64,000 nt of DNA from an uncultured delta proteobacterium. Its GTDB lineage: Bacteria; Myxococcota; Myxococcia; Myxococcales; Myxococcaceae. The stretch lies in contig CAVYSY010000026.1 of the NCBI GenBank assembly GCA_963771175.1, forward strand, positions 224,001 to 288,000. The letters run 5' to 3'. The notes beneath the pieces are model-generated. The model worked only from the letters and a program-made list of their open reading frames with translations. It was not told the origin of the DNA and ran no database searches. This document shows, one piece after another, positions 10,043 to 20,840 of this stretch (positions are counted from its first letter, which is position 1; each line of letters opens with the position of its first letter). The position numbers and the translations under genes are program-made.

Positions 10043-11682
10043 TCAAGCAGTGCGGATGGCCGCGGCCGACTCCAGCCCCAGCTCCGAGACCGCCATCTCG
10101 CGCATCCGGAATTTCTGGATCTTTCCCGTCACCGTCATCGGGAACTCGTCGACGAACTTCCAGTAGCGGGGAATCTTGTAGGTGGCGATGCGACCTGTGC
10201 AGAAGCGACCAGATCCTCCTGGGTGACGGTGGCGCCGGGCTTCGGCTTGACCCAGGCCATCACCTCCTCGCCGTACTTCTCGCTGGGCACGCCGATGACC
10301 TGGGCCTCGCTGACGGCGGGGTGGGTGTGGAGGAACTCTTCGATCTCGCGCGGATAGACGTTCTCGCCGCCGCGGATGATCATGTCCTTGATGCGGCCGA
10401 CGATGTTGACGTAGCCCTCCTCGTCCATGGTGGCGAGGTCGCCGGTGTGCATCCAGCCGGCCGCGTCGATGGACGTGCGGGTGGCCTCCTCGTTGTTCCA
10501 GTAGCCGAGCATGACGCTGTAGCCGCGCGTGCACAGCTCGCCCGGCGTGCCGCGAGGCACCACCGCGCCCGTGCCCGCGTCGACGATCTTCACCTCCACG
10601 TGCGGATGGACGCGGCCCACGGTGCAGACGCGCTTGTCCAGCGGATCGTCCAGCGCGCTCTGCGTGGACACGGGCGAGGTCTCGGTCATGCCGTAGCAGA
10701 TGGTGACCTCGCGCATGTTCATGCGCGACTGGACCTTCTTCATCACCTCGATGGGGCAGGGCGAGCCGGCCATGATGCCGGTGCGCAGCGTGGAGAGGTC
10801 GAACTCGCCGAAGCGCGGGTGATCGAGCTCGGCGATGAACATGGTGGGCACGCCGTAGAGCGCGGTGCAGCGCTCGACGCCCACCGTCTCCAGCACCGCG
10901 AGGGCATCGAAGGCCTCGCCAGGAATCACCATGGTCGCGCCGTGGGAGGTGCAGGCCAGGTTGCCCATCACCATGCCGAAGCAGTGGTAGAAGGGCACGG
11001 GGATGCAGACGCGGTCCTCGGGCCCCAGGCGCAGCCCCTCGCCCACGAAGAAGCCATTGTTGAGGATGTTGTGGTGGGTGAGCGTGGCGCCCTTGGGGAA
11101 GCCCGTGGTGCCGGAGGTGTACTGGATGTTGATGGCGTCGTCGAACTGGAGCGAGGCCTCGCGGTCCGCCAGCGTGCGCTCGCTCACGTGGGTGCCGTTC
11201 TTGAGGAGCAGCTCCCAGTCGTCGTCGAGCACGAGCGAGACGCGCAGGTCGGGGCAGCGCGGGCGCACCTCCTCCAGCATCTTGCGGTAGTCCGACTGGC
11301 GGAAGCCGCGCGACAGCAGCAGCACGCTGACGCCGGACTGCTGGAGCGCGTACTCCAGCTCGGCCGTCTTGTAGGCGGGGTTGATGTTCACGAGGACGGC
11401 CCCGAGGCGCGCCGGGGCGTACTGGACCACCACCCACTCGAAGCGATTGGGAGACCAGAGGCCCACGCGGTCGCCCTTCTCCACGCCGAAGGCCAGCAGG
11501 CCCAGGGCCACCCGCGTCGTCTCGTCCCAGAACTGGCGCTACGTGGCGCGGTAGCCCTGTGAGATGACGACGAGCGCCTCGCGGTCCGCGTAGCGCTCGA
11601 CGGTGCGACGCAGGTTCTGGCCGATGGTCTCCCCAAGCAGCGGGGTCGTGCTGGTGCCGTGGACGTAGGACGGAGAGGACAT
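10043..11682 (-). CDS. AMP-binding acyl-CoA synthetase, two frameshifts
   Basis: MSSPSYVHG...; [51 protein letters not shown]. Confidence 0.93.
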
Positions 11683-11860
11683 GGAGCGGATCCTTTCCGC
11701 CCGCCGCCGCCTCGCGCAAGCCCCGAACGCACTTGCTCGCTCCCCGAGGCGATTCACCTCCCGACACTCCCGTCCCCCGGGCCGTCGCGCAGTGGATGCT
11801 CGCCGCCTCGCGCCGCTCGGGAGCCTTGCCTGTCCCACCGCTGTATTCAAAAGAGCACGG

Positions 11861-14167
11861 ATGACCGCCGAGCCGAAACGACGCGAGCTCCTCATCTCCA
11901 AGGGCTGGGTGCAGGCCGCCGCCCTGGTGATGCTCTTCGGCTTCTTCGTCCTGGGGCTCCTCGCCTTCCGCGCCTATCGAGACAGCGCGCCCATCCCCCA
12001 ACGGGTCGTCAGCCCGGACGGGAGGCTCGTCTTCACCGGAGAGGACGTGCTCACGGGGCAGGGCCTCTTCCTGCGCAACGGGCTGATGCAGTACGGCTCG
12101 GTGTTCGGCCACGGCGCCTACCTGGGGCCGGACTACACCGCGGACTACCTGCGGCGCGCGGCGCTCTCCGTGCGCAATCGCCTCGGCGGAGAGGGAGAGA
12201 CCTCGGCCCAGGCGCGCACCGTCATCGCCTTCAAGGAGAACCGGTACGACGCGGCCACCGGCACGCTCACCCTCACCGCGGAGCAGGCCCTCGCCTTCGA
12301 GGAGCTGGCGGCGCACTACCACGCCACCTTCTCCTCGCCGGACACCGGAAAGGGACTGCGCCCCCGCGCCATCGCGGAGCCGGGAGACACCCGGCGGCTC
12401 ACCGCCTTCTTCGCCTGGACGGCCTGGACGGCCTCCACCCTGCGCCCGGGGCTCGATTACTCGTACACCAACAACTGGCCGCCGGAGCCGCTGGTGGGCA
12501 ACGGCCCCACGGGGGCCATGGTGGTGTGGAGCGTGCTGTCGCTCATCGCGCTGCTGGGCGGCATCGGCCTGCTGTTCGCCGCCTTCGGCCGGTGGGACTT
12601 CCTCGGCTGGCACGGCCGCGAGCGCCAGACGGTGTCCTTCCGCCGCCCCGGCGAGGTGGTCCTCACCGCCGTCCCAGCGCGCGTGCGCGTGGTTCTTCCT
12701 GGTGATGGCGGTGCTCTTCCTCGTGCAGTCCCTGCTGGGCGGCGCCACCCAGCACTACCGCGCCGAGCTGACCGGACTTCTTCGGCTTCGACCTGGCCGC
12801 CCTCCTCCCCTTCAACCTCGCGCGCACCTGGCACGTGCAGCTCGCCATCTTCTGGGTGGCCACGTCCTTCCTCGCCGCCGGCATCTTCCTGGCGCCCCTG
12901 GTGGCCGGCCACGAGCCGCGCGGACAGCACTGGCTGGCCTACGGGCTGCTGGGCGCGCTCGCGGTGGTGGTGTTCGGCAGCATGGCGGGCGAGCTCGCCG
13001 GCATCCACGGGTGGACCACCAGCGTGTGGTTCGGCAACCAGGGCTTCGAGTACCTGGACCTCGGGCGCTTCTGGCAGGTGCTGCTGTCCGTGGGGCTGCT
13101 GCTCTGGGTGGCGATGCTCTTCCGCGGGCTGCGGCGCCGGCTGCGCACCGAGCACCTGGGCAACATGCCCTGGCTCTTCTTCTTCTCGGCGCTGGCCATC
13201 CCCGCCTTCTACGCGGTGGGCCTGCTGGCCCGGCCCGACTCGCACTTCACCCTCACCGACTTCTGGCGCTTCTGGGTGGTGCACCTGTGGGTCGAGGACT
13301 TCCTCGAGCTCTTCACCACCATCATGGTGGCCTACATCTTCGTGCTGCTGGGCGTGGTGTCCGAGCGCGTGGCCCTGCGCGTCATCTACCTGGACATCAT
13401 CCTGTACTCGGTCGGCGGCGTCATCGGCACCATGCACCACCTGTACTTCTCCGGCACGCCGGTGGAGCACATGGCGCTCGGCGCCTTCTTCTCCGCCGCC
13501 GAGGTGATTCCGCTCACCTTCCTCACCGTGGAGGCGTGGAGCTTCCTGCGGCTGGGCCGTGAGCAGGGAGCGCAGGTCCAGCGCGCCCTTCCCCCACCGC
13601 TGGGCCATCCTGTTCCTGGTCTCGGTGGGCTTCTGGAACTTCCTGGGCGCCGGCATCTTCGGCTTCCTCATCAACCTGCCCATCGTCTCGTACTACGAGA
13701 TCGGCACCGCGCTGACCTCCAACCACGGCCACGCGGCGATGATGGGCGTCTACGGCATGCTGGCGGTGGGGCTGGCGCTCTTCGCGCTGCGCTACCTCAT
13801 CCCCGAGGACCGCTGGTCCGAGCGGGCCGCGAAGCTGAGCTTCTGGTCGCTCAACCTCGGGCTGGCGTGGATGGTGTTCGCCACGCTCTTCCCGCTGGGC
13901 GTGCTGCAGCTCTACGAGTCCGTCAGCCACGGCTACTTCGAGGCGCGCCAGCTCGACTTCCTCACCAGCGAACGGATGGAGCTGCTCGAGTGGATGCGGC
14001 TGCCCGGCGACGTCCTCTTCATCGTGGGCGGCGTGCTGCCCCTGCTGCTGCTGTGCTGGCGGGGCGTGCGCCACCGGGTGCCCCACCCGGAGCACGCCGG
14101 GCCGGAGACCGCGCCCCTCTTCACCCACGTCGAGGGCGCGGTCGAGCCAGCGGAGCCGGGGCGATGA
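11861..14167 (+). CDS. norB: Quinol-dependent nitric oxide reductase (qNor/NorZ), at least 3 frameshifts
   Basis: [67 protein letters not shown] across ORFs 11681-13507, 12702-, 12835- and 13559-14167. Confidence 0.93.
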
Positions 14168-14484
14168 ACCTCCACGCCGAGGTGCTGTTCGCTTCCGGGT
14201 ATGCGCTCTTCTTGCTGGGAGTGGCCCGGGGCCTGGTGGCGATGGGACGGCGGGCGCGTGCGGGGGACGACACCTGGCCGCGCACGGACGTCGCCCGCTT
14301 CCACCAGGGACTGTCCATGGTCCTCATCTTGCTGGCGGGCCTGCTCGTCGGCGCCTGCGCGGTGCGTCACCCCGAGGGCCTCGAATTGGGGTTGCTCGGC
14401 GGGGTGTCGCTGGCAATCGCCTGGAGGGCCCGTCGCGCCTGGGTCGAGTGGTGGGCGGAGGCCTCCGCCAGCGGGGAGGGATAG
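14164..14484 (+). CDS. Small 3-TM membrane protein coupled to qNor
   Basis: ATGA overlap with the qNor stop; [18 protein letters not shown]...WPRTDVARFHQGLS... Confidence 0.75.
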   Translation: MNLHAEVLFASGYALFLLGVARGLVAMGRRARAGDDTWPRTDVARFHQGLSMVLILLAGLLVGACAVRHPEGLELGLLGGVSLAIAWRARRAWVEWWAEASASGEG

Positions 14485-14519
14485 ACGAGCAGCCGCACAT
14501 GGACGCCGGGAGCCCGGCC

Positions 14520-16151
14520 TCAGGCCAGCCCCCCCGCGCCCTCCTCTTCCAGCTCGATGTCCCGGCCCTGGGGCATGTCCACCAGGGCCCCGAGCGGATA
14601 GATGATGAGGTGGCGCTGGGGCTCGCTGCCGTGACTCACCGTCTCCAGGTGGTAACGCGAGACGAGCCGGTGCTGCAGCTTGCGCAGCCGGGGCGGCCTC
14701 GGGGCCAGCGGCACCACCACACTCTCGCTCAGCACGCGCTGGATGGCGTGCTCGGCCTCCAGCACCGCCTCGCGCACCTGCTCCTCGTCCACGCCCTCTG
14801 CGATGAGGAAGGCATCGCGCAGCACCCGCCGCATCTCCGACGAGCTGTTGCGCTTGATGGCCAGCACGCGCGCGCCCGTCTTCTCCGACACCTTGCGCAT
14901 CTTCGGATCATTGGCGCGCGAGCGCAGCGTGAGGATGACGTCCGCGTTCTCCAGGCGGCCCACCACGCGCGCATCCGCTCCGAGATCGCGCAGCACCCGC
15001 TCGAGCAGGTCCCTGCTGGCCGCGTGGACGTAGACGCGCGAGGTGCCCTGACGCAGGCCGGGCTGGCGCCTCGGCCCGAGCCGCGAGGCCTCGCGAGCGG
15101 GCTCGGCGGAGACCGGAGCCGGCAGCGGGGCCACCGCCTTCGGCTCCTCCTTCACCTCCACCTGGCCCTCGACGAGCTGGCGCCGCTCGCCGCCCACGTC
15201 CTCGCCCGCCAGCAGCCGGTCCACCGACTGGGCGGTGTCGCGGTGCACCAGCACCTCGTCGCGGTTCACCATCTCCACCACCACGTCGAAGGTGGGCGGC
15301 GCCCGGCGCTCGTTGATCGTCTTCTGCGTGCGGCGGCGCCGCGCCTCCTCGTCGCTGAGCGTGACGGTGTGCACGCCGCCCACGAGGTCCGACAGCGTGG
15401 GGTTGAGGACGAGGTTCTCGAGCGTGTTGCCGTGGGCGGTGGCCACCAGCTGCACGCCGCGCTCGGCGATGGTGCGGGCCGCGGCGGCCTCGGCCGAGGT
15501 GCCGATCTCGTCGACGATGATGGCCTCGGGCATGTGGTTCTCCACCGCCTCGATCATCACGTCGTGCTGTTTGTCCGGCCGCGACACCTGCATGCGGCGC
15601 GCGGTGCCGATGCCCGGGTGGGGGATGTCGCCGTCGCCGCCGATCTCGTTGGAGGTGTCGACCACCATCACGCGCTTGCCCAGGTCGTCGGCGAGCACGC
15701 GGGCCACCTCGCGCAGCTTGGTCGTCTTGCCCACGCCGGGCCGGCCGAGCAGCAGGAGGTTGAGACCGGTGTCGATGAGGTCCCGCAGCATGTCGATGGT
15801 GCCGAAGATGGCGCGACCCACGCGCAAGGTGAGGCCCACCACCTCGCCCTGGCGGTTGCGGATGGCGGAGATGCGGTGGAGGGTGCGCTCGATGCCGGCG
15901 CGGTTGTCCTCGCCCACCGAGCCCACCTGGCCCACCACGTGCTCCAGGTCCTTGCGGGTGACGGGAGACTCGGACAAGCGGGCCACTCGCCCGACCAATC
16001 GGGCTTCGGGCGGGCGACCGAGATCCATCACCACCTCCAACATCTCACCCGGTGGAAGCTCCCGCACCGCCGCCTGCAGGGGCGCGGGGAGGATGTCCAC
16101 GAGGAGCTGGAAGTCGTCATTGGGAACGGGAGTGGCGTCGCGCTGACTCAT
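14520..16151 (-). CDS. Ycf45/SpoIIIAA-like AAA ATPase with C-terminal R3H domain
   Basis: VVMDLGRPPEAR, Walker A GRPGVGKT, VDTSNEIGGDGD, IIVDEIG, ATAHG; RKLQH...SHGSEPQRHL (R3H). Confidence 0.9.
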   Translation of the reverse strand: MSQRDATPVPNDDFQLLVDILPAPLQAAVRELPPGEMLEVVMDLGRPPEARLVGRVARLSESPVTRKDLEHVVGQVGSVGEDNRAGIERTLHRISAIRNRQGEVVGLTLRVGRAIFGTIDMLRDLIDTGLNLLLLGRPGVGKTTKLREVARVLADDLGKRVMVVDTSNEIGGDGDIPHPGIGTARRMQVSRPDKQHDVMIEAVENHMPEAIIVDEIGTSAEAAAARTIAERGVQLVATAHGNTLENLVLNPTLSDLVGGVHTVTLSDEEARRRRTQKTINERRAPPTFDVVVEMVNRDEVLVHRDTAQSVDRLLAGEDVGGERRQLVEGQVEVKEEPKAVAPLPAPVSAEPAREASRLGPRRQPGLRQGTSRVYVHAASRDLLERVLRDLGADARVVGRLENADVILTLRSRANDPKMRKVSEKTGARVLAIKRNSSSEMRRVLRDAFLIAEGVDEEQVREAVLEAEHAIQRVLSESVVVPLAPRPPRLRKLQHRLVSRYHLETVSHGSEPQRHLIIYPLGALVDMPQGRDIELEEEGAGGLA

Positions 16152-16356
16152 GGCGTGTCTAAAGGTGAATCCTTCCCGGGCGTCGTGCACCGTGTCCCGC
16201 GGCCGGGGGGCAGCGGAGCACCCGAAGCTAGCGGGCATCCAGGCGCAGCGCCTCTCTCTTGTGACTGGGTACGGCCCGGAGCCCTGCATAGCTCACGAAA
16301 TGGGTGTGACTGGAGGCCGCGCCCCCAGCCCCCCACCACCCCTTAGGAGCAAGGCC

Positions 16357-16821
16357 ATGGCCCAGCACGACAAGGACAAGGACATCACCCGCAGTACCCC
16401 GAATACCGAGAACAACATCGACAAGCCCAAGGGGCAGATGAGCATCCGTGACGCTGCTGCGAAGGAGATGCCGACACAACACATTGAGACCAGCATGCCG
16501 GGAACGGCGGTGCACGGCTTCGGCGAAGGTCAGGCCGACACGGTGAAGCGCCATACGAGCACCGCGGACATGGCCATGGGAATGCCGCAGCCGAGCGCGG
16601 GGGAGTCGGTGACGAAGCTCGTCGAGCAGATCTTCCAGCTCCCGTTCCACGCGCAGCTCGGCGTGCTGCGGATGATCGCGCCCAAGATTCTGGGTGCCAT
16701 GGACGCGAGAGACCGAAAGAATTTCCTGAGCACGCTGAGCTCGGAGACGAGCGAGGAGGGCACCGCCGAGAAGGGCACCGCGGCGAGTCCCATGAGCATG
16801 GAGGACATCCAGGGCATGTGA
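16357..16821 (+). CDS. Hypothetical protein (disordered N-terminus + short helical domain)
   Basis: AGGAG RBS before ATG 16357; typical codon bias. Confidence 0.7.
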   Translation: MAQHDKDKDITRSTPNTENNIDKPKGQMSIRDAAAKEMPTQHIETSMPGTAVHGFGEGQADTVKRHTSTADMAMGMPQPSAGESVTKLVEQIFQLPFHAQLGVLRMIAPKILGAMDARDRKNFLSTLSSETSEEGTAEKGTAASPMSMEDIQGM

Positions 16822-16865
16822 TCGACCTCCACTGGGGAGCACGACGAGCGGAGACCCGAGTGCCG

Positions 16866-17765
16866 TCACCGCCCCCGTGGGGAGCCTTCACCACCCCCTG
16901 AGGAGCGAATGCCCGCGCTGGCGGCGGCGGCCATGAAGCGAAGCACCATCCGCGGATCCTCCAGCATCCGCTGCAGCTCGCCCCCGAGCTCCCGGAACAG
17001 GGAGCGGCACAGCTCCACCTTCTCCTCGTCCGAGAGCGGGGAGGCATGCCCCAGCGGAGGCATCCGCTGCCGCCAGGTGCGCGAGCGCAGCAGGTGCGAG
17101 CGGAGGAAGTCCAGGATGTCGATGGGGGTCGGCGGCATGAGTCCCACCGAGATGGGAATGGACTCCTGCTCCGGCGCGGTGACCTCGTGCCAGAAGCCAC
17201 CGGGAATGTAGAGCCAGTCGCCGGCTTCGAGCCGGCACTCGAGGGTCGGCGTCCGCTCGCGCGCGATGTTCGTCTCGGCGGTGAGCGTCTCGAGCAGGGG
17301 CACCGGGTTGAGCGTGTTCTCCCGCAGCAGGTAGCGCTTGGCCCCCTGGGTCTGGAAGATGAAGACCTCCTCCGGGTCGCAGTGCCAGCCGAAGCTGCCG
17401 TGGCCCGGAGGGGTGCAATAGACCTGCAGGTTCACCGTGCCGTGCAGCTCGGCGGAGAGCGTGCGCCCCAACTGCGCGAGGCCCGCGTCATGCCGATCCG
17501 CGTGCCTCAGGGCGAGCGAGTACCCCTCCTCGTAGAGCTTGCGGGCCTCCTGGGCACTGGTGGGCCGGGGGCCCGACCACAGCACGCCGTCGCGGACCAG
17601 CAGCAGGTCGCACGCGGGATTCTCGACGAGACGCTCGACGGTGGCCCAGGTCGCCAGCTCCCGCAGGTGTGCGGCGGCGGCCGGCCGCGCGAGCGGCTTC
17701 TGGAGGTAGTGCTCCTGGAGGAAGACAGGGCGAGGAAGCTCGCCCAGCAGCGTGTCGATGAGCAT
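16866..17765 (-). CDS. JmjC/cupin 2-oxoglutarate-Fe(II) oxygenase (YcfD/RoxA-like)
   Basis: GWHCDPEEVFIFQTQGAKRY and LEAGDWLYIPGGFWH give the HxD...H triad. Confidence 0.88.
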   Translation of the reverse strand: MLIDTLLGELPRPVFLQEHYLQKPLARPAAAAHLRELATWATVERLVENPACDLLLVRDGVLWSGPRPTSAQEARKLYEEGYSLALRHADRHDAGLAQLGRTLSAELHGTVNLQVYCTPPGHGSFGWHCDPEEVFIFQTQGAKRYLLRENTLNPVPLLETLTAETNIARERTPTLECRLEAGDWLYIPGGFWHEVTAPEQESIPISVGLMPPTPIDILDFLRSHLLRSRTWRQRMPPLGHASPLSDEEKVELCRSLFRELGGELQRMLEDPRMVLRFMAAAASAGIRSSGGGEGSPRGR

Positions 17766-17830
17766 GGAGAAACCTGGTGGGCCCCATGAACCAATGTCGG
17801 GCCTTCACCCGGAATATACGAGGGAAACCG

Positions 17831-17872
17831 AAGAAAGAAGGCCCCCGGAGCGCGTGCCCTCGGAGGCCTTCT
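17831..17872 (-). terminator. Rho-independent terminator after the UDPGP gene
   Basis: AGAAGGCC...GGCCTTCT stem followed on the minus strand by TTCTT. Confidence 0.6.
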
Positions 17873-17880
17873 CGGCGTCC

Positions 17881-18990
17881 TCAGAGGGCCTCGAGGCGCT
17901 GCCGGAGCCGCGCCGCCACGCGCGGCAGGTCGTCGGGCTCCTTCACCGGCTCGAACCGGCTGGTGGCCGGGTCCGTCCGGCTCACCTCGACGAAGACGAC
18001 GGGGAAGAGCGGCTGGCCATCGGGGCCGGTGAGGCTGCTGGCCTCCGCCGTCACCTGCTCGAGCTGAATCACGGGCTGCCCGTCCACCTTCTTGGAGACC
18101 GCCCGGTAGGGAATGGGGATGTCCTTCCGGAGCATCGCGTCCAGGTCGAAGGTGATGTTGTTGGTCGAGATGAACGGGTGCTGGGTCGGGTCCACCTTCT
18201 CGACGAGCTGGAGCAGCCCATTGAGGCGCAGCGGTGCCGCGCCCGCGTCGAGCGCCCCGCTGGGGTTCTTCCGCGGCGTCACCTCCACCGTCATGGACTT
18301 GCCCAGCTTCAGGTGCATGCCGATGACGACCGGGTCGAGCGTCGCCGCCAGGTTGTCCACGTTGGAGAAGTACACGCAGCGCACGCCACGCCGGCGCAAC
18401 TCCTCCCCCACCCCGCTCTCACGCAAGGCCCGGAAGACATCTCCGTGCCCGGAGGGGGCGAACGAGAGCTGACCATCCGCGTCCTTGAACAGCTCGCCGC
18501 TCGACGTGAGCCGCGGGAGCATCCGCTGGCGGAAGAGGAACACGTTCTCCTGTGCACCCTGCTTCGCCAGGTGCGCGGTGATGTCCTCATGGGTGAGGAA
18601 GGACGTCATCAGCGCCACGGGCACCGGGCGTCCGAAGCGAGCCCCCAGCCGGCGCGCCTCCGCCAGCTTGAAGTCGAGGAAGGTGCGCTCCCCCAATACC
18701 GGGACGAGCCCCTTCACCCCGCCGCCGAAGCGCGTCCCGGCGCCGCCGGCCACCACGAGGGCGGCCACCTGGCCCTGCCGGAACGCCTCCTCACCGCGAG
18801 CCCGGCACTCCTCGTACTCGGGGGTCCCCTCCCGTGGGAGCGGCTGGACGTCACCCTCGCGGGGCGGTTCGAGGGTGCCGGTGAGGGGCGCGGTAGCGGC
18901 GAGCTCACCGCGTTTGAACTGGGCGAGCAGCTCACGGAAGCTCGCGGCGTCGAAGCCGTCACGGGCGAGCTGAGGACTGTCGAGATCCAT
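17881..18990 (-). CDS. UTP--glucose-1-phosphate uridylyltransferase, eukaryote-like UDPGP family
   Basis: [55 protein letters not shown]. Confidence 0.85.
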   Translation of the reverse strand: MDLDSPQLARDGFDAASFRELLAQFKRGELAATAPLTGTLEPPREGDVQPLPREGTPEYEECRARGEEAFRQGQVAALVVAGGAGTRFGGGVKGLVPVLGERTFLDFKLAEARRLGARFGRPVPVALMTSFLTHEDITAHLAKQGAQENVFLFRQRMLPRLTSSGELFKDADGQLSFAPSGHGDVFRALRESGVGEELRRRGVRCVYFSNVDNLAATLDPVVIGMHLKLGKSMTVEVTPRKNPSGALDAGAAPLRLNGLLQLVEKVDPTQHPFISTNNITFDLDAMLRKDIPIPYRAVSKKVDGQPVIQLEQVTAEASSLTGPDGQPLFPVVFVEVSRTDPATSRFEPVKEPDDLPRVAARLRQRLEAL

Positions 18991-19285
18991 ATCGGTCGGT
19001 TGGCCTGTCACGGGACGAAGGTACTGCGCACCTCCATGATGCGCATGGTCCTTTGGGACAAGATAAACCGGTCCGCTGAGCGGCCGGCCATCCAATCCGC
19101 AGGAGGGCCGCCATCCGCGAACAATCACTGGGGCCAGACCACTCCGATGAGGACCTGCGGCGCTGGGAGCGTCGTTTCCTCGATTGACACTCGCTGCACA
19201 CCCCACCGCGGACCTGTGCGAGCCGCTGCACAAGCGTTGCACACCGCGCCCCGCCGTCCCTCTGCGTGACGCACGGCGCCACGGC

Positions 19286-19301
19286 TGGCGCGCGAGGTGC
19301 A
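19286..19301 (+). promoter_or_regulatory. Putative sigma-54 promoter
   Basis: TGGCGCGCGAGGTGCA has exact GG-N10-GC spacing, 30 nt before ATG 19331. Confidence 0.6.
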
Positions 19302-19330
19302 TCGAGCCCTCCTCCCGGAGGGTTCAATCC

Positions 19331-20035
19331 ATGAGCGCGACAATGATGGCAACGAAGTGGGATGTGCGGGTGCTCGCCGTGGCGGGCGCGGGGCTGCTGG
19401 GGCTCGCGGGCGTGTTCCTGTGGAGGGACTTGCAGGTGCCGCACGAGCTGCTGCTCGCGGTGGCCGCGGTGCTGGCCTCGGCGGTGGCCCTGGCCGAGGT
19501 GCCCCGGCACCGCCCGCTCGCCGGTCCCATCGCCCTGCTCGTCACCGGCCTCGCTGGCGGCCTGTGGTACGCGTCGGTGAAATCCGGGCTGCTGCTGCCG
19601 GGCCTGGGGCTCACCGTCCTCGCCACCGCCGTCACCGTGGCGCGCACCTGGCGCCGCACCGAGGCGCGCGAGGACAAGCTGCAGGGCGTGCTCCTCTGGT
19701 ACGGACTGACGGCGGCGGTGCTCGCGGCCTCGTGGGCCTTCTACTTCCACTTCTTCACCCTGGGCTTCGCCGCCGATGACATTGGCCGCCGGCTGGTGCT
19801 CACCCTGGGCTGGCTCGTCTCGGGCGTGGGGCTCGTGGTGTACGGCCGCAACCGGGGCGAGAACGTCATCCGCGACGCGGGCTTCGCCTTCATCGCCGTG
19901 GCCGTGGGCAAGGCGCTCGCCTATGACACCACGCACCTGAGCGGCATGCTGCGCGTCGCGGGCCTGGCCGGCGCGGGCGCCCTCATGCTCGGCGGCGCGT
20001 GGCTGTCCCTCCACCGTCAGGCCCGGAGCGCGTGA
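19331..20035 (+). CDS. Multi-pass membrane protein, DUF2339-like C-terminus
   Basis: About 8 hydrophobic helices; IRDAGFAFIAVAVGKALAYDTTHLSGMLRV resembles the DUF2339 end motif. Confidence 0.65.
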   Translation: MSATMMATKWDVRVLAVAGAGLLGLAGVFLWRDLQVPHELLLAVAAVLASAVALAEVPRHRPLAGPIALLVTGLAGGLWYASVKSGLLLPGLGLTVLATAVTVARTWRRTEAREDKLQGVLLWYGLTAAVLAASWAFYFHFFTLGFAADDIGRRLVLTLGWLVSGVGLVVYGRNRGENVIRDAGFAFIAVAVGKALAYDTTHLSGMLRVAGLAGAGALMLGGAWLSLHRQARSA

Positions 20036-20036
20036 C

Positions 20037-20702
20037 ATGGGTGCCCTCACCGCACTCGTGCTGGTGCTCGCCGCGGGCTCGCCCCAGCGCTCCTGTTTCG
20101 TCCCCTCGGACCAGACGGCGGGGTGGAAGCGCGTGGTGCTGCCGGAGGAGGCCCCGGCCCTCGCCGCCCCGGAGGACGTGGACCAGTTCCGCTCCGGCGA
20201 GCCCGCACTCTTCCTCCAGGAGGACGCCTCCGCGTACCTCGGCGCCGACAAGGAGCACCCGGGCCGCATGGCGTATGACTTCCGGGTGCCCTGGGACGCG
20301 CGCCGTCTGGAGCTCGGCTTCCTCGACGACCTGCGCGGCGCGAAGGTGGACGCCGTGGCCTACAGGGGTGGCCGCGCCTTCCCGCTGCTCGACGAGAAGC
20401 GGCTCGCGGGCAGGCAGCTCGCGCTGGAGTGGACGATGGAGGGTGTCGACCTGGTGAGGGTGTCCGTCCACCACCACTTGCGCGAGAAGCCGGTGGTGCG
20501 CACGTGGCGGGTGGTCCGCCTGCTGACGCCCTCGGAGGCTCCGACGATGCCCGAGTCCTTCCGCGCGCCGCGCTCGCTCTACTTCCACCACCCGGGTGGG
20601 CGGAGGCTCGAGCTGTGCGATGCGCCGGGACGCGCGCTGCGACTCGCCCGCTGGCCAGAGGCCAACAGCGCCATGCAGGTGACTCTCACGCCTCGGCACT
20701 GA
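20037..20702 (+). CDS. Secreted/periplasmic hypothetical protein
   Basis: Starts 1 nt after the upstream stop; signal-like MGALTALVLVLAAG. Confidence 0.7.
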   Translation: MGALTALVLVLAAGSPQRSCFVPSDQTAGWKRVVLPEEAPALAAPEDVDQFRSGEPALFLQEDASAYLGADKEHPGRMAYDFRVPWDARRLELGFLDDLRGAKVDAVAYRGGRAFPLLDEKRLAGRQLALEWTMEGVDLVRVSVHHHLREKPVVRTWRVVRLLTPSEAPTMPESFRAPRSLYFHHPGGRRLELCDAPGRALRLARWPEANSAMQVTLTPRH

Positions 20703-20840
20703 GGTCCTCGACTGCTCGTCTTCGTGCTCATTGGGCGTTGTTGCTGAGTCATTTCGGACGCATGGAACCGGGTAGCTCAGGCGAAAATGAGCCCCAGGGG
20801 GAAGGCAGCGGTACTATGAGCATGGTTGGAGTCCTGTCCC

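Noticed and set aside
11838..11860. NsrR box upstream of qNor
   Set aside because: Only one half resembles the consensus; dyad symmetry is poor.
16357..17765. Hypothetical protein + JmjC as a RiPP precursor/modifier pair
   Set aside because: The genes are convergent, with no repeated core peptide, protease or transporter.
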